This document shows, piece after piece, positions 27,501-32,693 of a stretch of 32,693 nucleotides of DNA. The notes beneath the pieces were generated by a model that was not told the DNA's origin, ran no database searches, and saw only the letters and a list, made by a program, of their open reading frames with translations. The position numbers and the translations under genes are program-made. This DNA is from Candidatus Woesearchaeota archaeon (GTDB taxonomy: Archaea; Nanobdellota; Nanobdellia; Woesearchaeales; JAAOYA01), in NCBI GenBank assembly GCA_018221105.1, contig JAAOYA010000009.1:62001-94693 (forward strand), in the 5' to 3' direction. Every line of letters begins with the position of its first letter. Position 1 is the first letter of the stretch.

Positions 27501-30500
27501 TCTGGTCTGTAACAACAGCTGTGACATTAACATCATTTAAAAAATCAACAGAGACAGGATTTGTGCTTAAACTAACAAAAGTTGGCGGCGTAGTATCATT
27601 AACACTAAAATTAGCAAAACCCTGAACCAAATTACCACTAGAGTCTGTAACATTAACTGTTATATTGTAGAGTTCCGGAGTGCCAGTGCTTGAGAAAACA
27701 ACCTTATAAAGGTTGCCACTGAGACCAAGGGTTAGTGCTTGAGCACCAGCACCCCACTCTACGTAAGCAGTCACTGTAGTTATACTGTAATCGTCGCTTG
27801 CGTTGACAGTAATATTGAAAAAATCGTCTTGGTTAACGGTCGAAGGAACAACAATATTATTGATTGTAGGATTTTGCTCGTCAATTATTGTAAAATTATC
27901 AAAACCGCTAGTTGTAACATTATTGTTAGAGTCATTAGCCCAAACATAATATTGATAAGTTCCTAAAAGAGTGTTAGAATAATTAATATTGTAGCCGGCA
28001 TTCATCACAGCTTCTTGCGTGCTAGCGTTTGGCAATGTGATAATAGCTTTAACAACAGTAGCATCAGTCACACTAGCGGTGATATTAAACTGGGTCGTTT
28101 TATTGCCGGTCTTTGGCGATACATTAATAGAATTTATTACTGGAGGTGAAAAACCTTGAAAATTCACATTAGAGCTTTGAACTTCAAAAACACCATCTGT
28201 TACATTAACATACAAAGAATAACTTCCTTCTGTTGCTACAACGTAAGAGTTTTGCCAGTAATTGCCGATAAGCGATAATTGTACAACATCACTATTATTA
28301 ATGTACGCAGTAGCATTAGTAACATCGCCATCAGTATCGGTCACGTTGACTCTTATACTGATAGCTTGGCCAACACTAACTGAAGGATTCAAAATTTCTG
28401 CCAAATTAATAATTGGCGGGTCATTAACGCCATTAACAGTAAAGCGAAAAGTGTCTGTCGCACTATTATTTGAAGTGTCAGTAACATTAATTGTTATATC
28501 TGAATAACCGCTAGCGCTTGGCACAACACTACAATTAACGTATTGATTTGATTGTATAAAACAATCAACAACACTAGTGTTAGTCTCAGCTAGCACTGCA
28601 TAAGTTAATGCGCTGTCAGCATCAGTATCATCGCTAACCAAAGGGTACAAATCTAATAGTGGAGGATCGGTATCTTCAGAAGTGTTCTGGTTGCCAATGC
28701 TAACAGTTGGAGGTGTGACGTCGGCAGGCACAGAAGCATTAATGACAACACTTCTTTGTTCTGTGTTATTAATGTTTCCGCTAGCATCAATAGCCCAGGC
28801 TTTAAACGAATAATTGCCATCTGAAAGATTGGTGAAGTTGTTGTAAAGACTATATGTGCTCGCATCGTATATTACTCTGATTTCTTGCAATGTTAAAGCT
28901 CTTGAGAAAATCATGACTTCATCAATTGTCCCGTTGGCTTCATAATATAATGCACTGTCATCATCTATACCAATAAATGTTGGTTCAGAATCCTGCCACG
29001 CAGTGGCATTTATGCTAGTAAATATACCTGTACAATCAGTGGTGGCATCAGCAACACCGTTAAGATAAACTATTGAGTGGGTGCCATTGTATACTCCTGC
29101 AACATGCTGCCATCTACCATAACCAAGGTTGTCATCTTCATTGGCTGCACAAGCAGAATCACCTGTATCACCATCTTCTTTTATTTGAAATGAAGTTCGG
29201 TTACTATCACGATATCTAAGGCGAAAGAAGTAATTATCTGAAGTATCATCCCACCGGGTAATTATGCTACCACCATTGAAACCATCTATTCCATCTTCAG
29301 CGACATTAATCCATGCCATGAAAGTACAGCCATTTACACACACATCGCTAAAGTCACTTCCAGTGCCAATAGTTAAGTAATCATTATCTCCGTCAAAGTC
29401 AAAAGCACCGCCTCTCATTCCATCAGAGTTACTAGTAGAATCACCAGATATTGTTGCATTATACTTGTATGTACTATTATCAAAGACATGTGTTGAATTG
29501 TAATATTCAAAACTGTACCACGCGCGCAATGTTCTATTCCAGTCAATGAATGCTGAAACATTACTAGTGTCATTGACTGAAACATTAACAAAAGCATAAT
29601 TGTTTGTTGTTATATTGCCGTTATTTGGTGTTGGAGACACAAAACTAATGCTTGGCACGACACTATCGCTGCTGCTTTGCCCTAGTGTCACTGTTATTGT
29701 TTTTGACTCATTAACTGTTGCAATTGTTGAATTGCTGTCTGCGCCATTAACAGCTGTAATGTTATGAGGTGTGTGAAAAGATACATTGCCTGCAGCATAG
29801 TCTTGCGTGTTATTTTGAGTGTACTCAGTGACAACAAACCAAGTTGTGTAACCATTACTATCTGTTAGTGAGTTAGTGACTACTTGAGTTGATAAGTTAT
29901 TAGTGATGTTAACATTGGCGTTTTGTACGCCGCCGCCAGTACTATTAATCACTCTGACTCGCAAATAATAATTGTTTGTGATGTTTTGTGTTATTGAGTT
30001 AATATTGATGTTTGACTTGTTAAAAGATGTATTGATTAATGTTACATCAACATTATACGAGCCTCCTGTTTGTAAGTCTAAATTATAAGATGTGCTACTT
30101 GACAAACTAGAATTAATAACAGTAATATTGCGCTTGTGATTATAAGTTGTTCTAATGGCAGGACCTGTTGCTTGAACAGTAATATTTACAAATTGAGTGT
30201 TTTCTTCATATTGGCTCAAACTTATTCCGACATCTGTAGAGTTAATAAAACTGTTTTTGAAAGTGTTATTACCATTATTGCCAGTCCAATAGCCAATACC
30301 TTGATCAACATTAGAAACATTAAAACCGTCTAACAGAAGACTTGTAGTAGTGTCTAAAACAATACCTATATCGGAAAAATTAACAAAAAGACTTGTGATA
30401 TTGATATTGGCGCCAGTATTTATGTACAAGCTGTCACCAGTTAATGAAACATTATCGATAATTAGATTATTACAATAGCTTGTTCTTAATTGTCCTCCAA

Positions 30501-32693
30501 TAACATCATTAATGTTTGACGGGCAATTAAGCAACGGGTTCATATTGCCTTGTGAATAATAATAAATTGGCAAGCCATCAATAAAGTTTGTGGTATCAAT
30601 AGAATGATTAGCCTTTGCAGCATTAAGATTTGTCATATACAATCCAGCATCATCAAAGTCTATTTTTGAAATATTGTTAAACGTGAAGTTGTTCCTTTCT
30701 GATTGTTCTATTGCAATAGCAGAATAATCACCAGCAATAAGGATATTGTTAGTTATAATATTATCGTTAGCGTAATAAGCAAATAATGCGTCATCAGACC
30801 AAAAACTTCTAGAACCATTAATATTATTATTGCTTATTGTGTTATTGTTAGAATACCATAATTCGATAGCGCTTTGCTTGTTAACACCATCACCAACAGC
30901 AACCAAAGTATTATTATTAATCAACGAGTTATTAGTATAATTGTAAAACACTGCTTCACTAAAATTAGTTATCAAACAATCCTTGACAGTAACATTATTT
31001 TTTGTTGATGCAAGAACACCAACACCCGAACCATTACCAGTAACACTAAAACCATCACAGTCAAGAACAATATTAGAAGCATTAAAAACAAAACAAGTAC
31101 CAAAAGCAACAACGTTACTAGTTAATGTTTTGTCAGTGTTTAAAAACTCACAATCAGGACCATTAAATGTTAACGCTAAAAAGTCAGTGTTATTAACAGC
31201 AATGTTGTAAACACTGTCACAAACACCATCGCCATTACTATCACTGCAGTTTTCGCTCCATCCTTGTCCGTTTGGTTGAGCCCAAAAATTCCCTCCAAGG
31301 TTAGAGCCGCCAATGATGTTAGTGTCGACTGTTAGCGTGGTGTTGAAATAATTAGGGCTATGATTAACATTGTTGTTGTAAACATTGACTGTGTTGTTGA
31401 AGATGTTATTGTAAAAAGTGTTGTTAACACTGTACTCATCATATGCTTCGTAGAAATACAATCCAGGATTTGTTGAGCCTTCTATTATTGAATTAATAAC
31501 AGTGTTGTTAATGTTTTCTCTATCAAAATTAATTCCTCTGCTTCCACTGTTTTTTATGCTGACATTATCAAAATATATATTTGTTGTTATAACAGTCCAT
31601 AAACCATATCTTTTAGGGTTATGCAGTGTTAAGTTTTCAAAAGTGTTACTATCAGATGACCACATAGCAACGCCGTCAGCGGTATTTGAACTATTAATAT
31701 TTGTAAAAGTTGAGTTTTCTGTGCGATGAATAATTAGGCCGTTATTGTCTATTGTGTCAGAGTTGATTATTGTTATGTTGTTTAAGTTTGAACCGTCAGC
31801 ATCGCAAAGCTGTATGAGTGAAAACGTTTTGTTTTCTAAATTAACTGTGTCATTATAATACCCGTAAGGATAACTTCCACTAACGTTTACATTAACAAAT
31901 TCGTTATCACAATTAGCATTTCCCCAGGGTTCAACTATGATGTCATAATCTCCGTTATCTGTGAATGTTGAGTTCTCAATAAGGTTTCCTGTTCCTTGAT
32001 TGATTCGCAGGCCGAAATTATTATTATTTGTTACATTGACGTCATAAAGGTGATTGTAATCTGATATGATTATACCGTACGCCATATTATCTGGTAAAGT
32101 AACATTGTGAATAGTGAGGTTGGTACTTGTTAAAGTAGCGTATATTCCAACATCAAAATAACTAATGTTTGTACAATCTTTTATCTCAACGTTTTGACTT
32201 CCACCATTTGAATCACTAAGGTTAATACCTCTGCTATTATCCCACTGACTATCACTAGAAATCGAGAACCCATTACAACTCAAAGTAATGTTGTCTCTAC
32301 CATTAAAATTTATACAAGTATCTGAAGAATTAATATTGTTAGCAAGATAAACAGCACCATTATTAGCGGCGCTTTGAAGCTTGCTAGTACAATCGGCACA
32401 ACTATTACAAGTTACGTTGTCCTGTAAGATATCAAAGAACCAAGTACTACTTTCTGAAGAACTTGTTCCATCTGTGACGTTTCCTTTCCAATAATACCTA
32501 CCAACTTGCAATGAGTACATTGCTGCAACTTCGCTGGCGCTTAGAGTTTTGTTCCATACAACTACTTCGTCTATAGAACCATTGAAGCTTCTGTTATAGT
32601 CGCTTTCTCTAAGACCTATCATTACATTATAATCGTTAGGATTTGCAGGTTCATTACCGCCTGTATCAACACTATTTATGAAAACTCCATCAA
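24568..32693 (-). CDS. Giant (>2700 aa, 5' truncated) cell-surface glycoprotein: LamG, NosD-like beta-helices, Ig-like repeats, PGF-pre-PGF-like domain, TM, cytoplasmic DUF835-like tail
   Basis: The frame stays open to the window end (DGVFINSVDTGG...FNGSIDEVVVWNKTLS is the end of a LamG domain). NosD-like tail IIGGSNLGGNFW...DSNGDGVCD, second LamG at about 28880-29535, repeated D..PP.I Ig-like units, FAITA, TM at 25489-25536. Confidence 0.93.
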   Translation of the reverse strand, partial: DGVFINSVDTGGNEPANPNDYNVMIGLRESDYNRSFNGSIDEVVVWNKTLSASEVAAMYSLQVGRYYWKGNVTDGTSSSESSTWFFDILQDNVTCNSCADCTSKLQSAANNGAVYLANNINSSDTCINFNGRDNITLSCNGFSISSDSQWDNSRGINLSDSNGGSQNVEIKDCTNISYFDVGIYATLTSTNLTIHNVTLPDNMAYGIIISDYNHLYDVNVTNNNNFGLRINQGTGNLIENSTFTDNGDYDIIVEPWGNANCDNEFVNVNVSGSYPYGYYNDTVNLENKTFSLIQLCDADGSNLNNITIINSDTIDNNGLIIHRTENSTFTNINSSNTADGVAMWSSDSNTFENLTLHNPKRYGLWTVITTNIYFDNVSIKNSGSRGINFDRENINNTVINSIIEGSTNPGLYFYEAYDEYSVNNTFYNNIFNNTVNVYNNNVNHSPNYFNTTLTVDTNIIGGSNLGGNFWAQPNGQGWSENCSDSNGDGVCDSVYNIAVNNTDFLALTFNGPDCEFLNTDKTLTSNVVAFGTCFVFNASNIVLDCDGFSVTGNGSGVGVLASTKNNVTVKDCLITNFSEAVFYNYTNNSLINNNTLVAVGDGVNKQSAIELWYSNNNTISNNNINGSRSFWSDDALFAYYANDNIITNNILIAGDYSAIAIEQSERNNFTFNNISKIDFDDAGLYMTNLNAAKANHSIDTTNFIDGLPIYYYSQGNMNPLLNCPSNINDVIGGQLRTSYCNNLIIDNVSLTGDSLYINTGANINITSLFVNFSDIGIVLDTTTSLLLDGFNVSNVDQGIGYWTGNNGNNTFKNSFINSTDVGISLSQYEENTQFVNITVQATGPAIRTTYNHKRNITVINSSLSSSTSYNLDLQTGGSYNVDVTLINTSFNKSNININSITQNITNNYYLRVRVINSTGGGVQNANVNITNNLSTQVVTNSLTDSNGYTTWFVVTEYTQNNTQDYAAGNVSFHTPHNITAVNGADSNSTIATVNESKTITVTLGQSSSDSVVPSISFVSPTPNNGNITTNNYAFVNVSVNDTSNVSAFIDWNRTLRAWYSFEYYNSTHVFDNSTYKYNATISGDSTSNSDGMRGGAFDFDGDNDYLTIGTGSDFSDVCVNGCTFMAWINVAEDGIDGFNGGSIITRWDDTSDNYFFRLRYRDSNRTSFQIKEDGDTGDSACAANEDDNLGYGRWQHVAGVYNGTHSIVYLNGVADATTDCTGIFTSINATAWQDSEPTFIGIDDDSALYYEANGTIDEVMIFSRALTLQEIRVIYDASTYSLYNNFTNLSDGNYSFKAWAIDASGNINNTEQRSVVINASVPADVTPPTVSIGNQNTSEDTDPPLLDLYPLVSDDTDADSALTYAVLAETNTSVVDCFIQSNQYVNCSVVPSASGYSDITINVTDTSNNSATDTFRFTVNGVNDPPIINLAEILNPSVSVGQAISIRVNVTDTDGDVTNATAYINNSDVVQLSLIGNYWQNSYVVATEGSYSLYVNVTDGVFEVQSSNVNFQGFSPPVINSINVSPKTGNKTTQFNITASVTDATVVKAIITLPNASTQEAVMNAGYNINYSNTLLGTYQYYVWANDSNNNVTTSGFDNFTIIDEQNPTINNIVVPSTVNQDDFFNITVNASDDYSITTVTAYVEWGAGAQALTLGLSGNLYKVVFSSTGTPELYNITVNVTDSSGNLVQGFANFSVNDTTPPTFVSLSTNPVSVDFLNDVNVTAVVTDQTSVDTVQVNITKPDSSTIQQPMTQNGNWHYTFSGTDQLGIYSAFIIANDSRNNILVSSAYPLGVGNFSVGDTTNPVINSVNITPIIVNMSQLVNITVNVTEANMLLARVIITAPDSSTTQVVLTNTSVEIYEGQYSSGIPGIHNVLIVAQDIVFNNDSATTSLTVNDNVDPIIDYFITSRAIYNVGNLVNFLFNVTENSSYSWQINVTNSSGGLAAQTSGTSVTLTSVDNYSATLLVSDSYNNSALASTNFSVIDDSPPFIILRSVSSAYEGYPVNVTILFSEPCNITINYQKSGGLQKNISNGSFVTTHTISIDNLTAGDYTYTIRAYDLQDNLLSAGAYTFSVDPYLYFDPISSSLSLLKQQSTSHNIILYNPNDYTGTVSISSDSGFVTPPVSITLSPYVPRIVPLTVSTITLLRDDLNATVNVTTGSALHQISLSLLSWCGDSNCDSSESCSTCVNDCGTCPAGPGGGGDSPGGGMIGGGTLISFSNNFTQYFDLQSVEVINTQTIRNVDRRLSAKEYSSYIGIPPPKGSLVYKYLNISPDFDYSYVTESIIDFKVLLSWITFNDANVTTIKMEYFDGVNWNDMATNKLSEDADALRFRTRTGQFDIFAITAEPNIKSPSTETPLSQEELNKTIGELVGPITQIQIDFIKPLLILLAVIIIVIGGFVTRQKLVHLKSAKALADRIFEEPVLIVEPGSASLKLFKAYDDGVPKLAITRSPESGIKNNIVIGHEQIIQGKKVVHPAEPEKILHTILSHEGIVYFEGLNMIIQSSSIMAARHFVQNLVQKEKPIIISVRSGTIPKDYLDDLELEIPVYKNPKMPTIKMLHAQPEMFYKSATEKIVGTDRPLQPKEPKKPEVKKEPEVKKEISKPVVKDRHVTHVEKLEAYIKVNRAKGYTDEQLYNVLLGSGWKKELLDHYFKKQAIVLTPKEGLLKEYIVKCQKSGLSDDKIIENLIKVGWQKSMIDKVFSSLKE
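24889..24924 (-). repeat. 18-bp tandem repeat encoding PEVKKE x2 in a cytoplasmic linker
   Basis: CTCTTTTTTGACTTCTGG / CTCTTTTTTAACCTCTGG, 16 of 18 positions identical. Confidence 0.8.

Noticed and set aside
8634..31729. Numerous short antisense and alternative-frame ORFs within the giant genes and the ATPase
   Set aside because: Shadow ORFs of long coding regions, with no motifs or RBS support.
1..32693. CRISPR array, transposase, intein or toxin domain
   Set aside because: No regularly spaced repeats and no recognisable motifs of these classes were seen.

Overview
Archaeal chromosomal window, AT-rich. Alba, ribosomal S17e, an intronless CCA-less tRNA-Arg and archaeal TATA boxes make it archaeal; the style of the giant surface proteins suggests a DPANN lineage such as Woesearchaeota (inference). 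The left 8.3 kb holds housekeeping and stress genes: a 5'-truncated CopA Cu(I) ATPase, a PLDc_N-PspC membrane protein, desulfoferrodoxin, a half-size MFS protein, an S-layer-like protein, a DUF4013-like protein, tRNA-Arg(UCG), albA and rps17e. The right 24 kb is a tightly packed minus-strand three-gene unit: a >2700-aa surface protein (5' truncated), a single-domain KaiC-like ATPase and a 5135-aa surface protein. Both giants end in the same tail: Gly-rich linker, PGF-pre-PGF-like domain, TM helix, a cytoplasmic DUF835-like (degenerate KaiC-like) domain and a short helical 'GW' motif. The best candidate for a novel system is therefore a pair of giant adhesin/glycan-recognition receptors wired across the membrane to a KaiC-type signalling ATPase. 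All domain names come from motif recognition by eye, not database searches, and internal domain boundaries are approximate.
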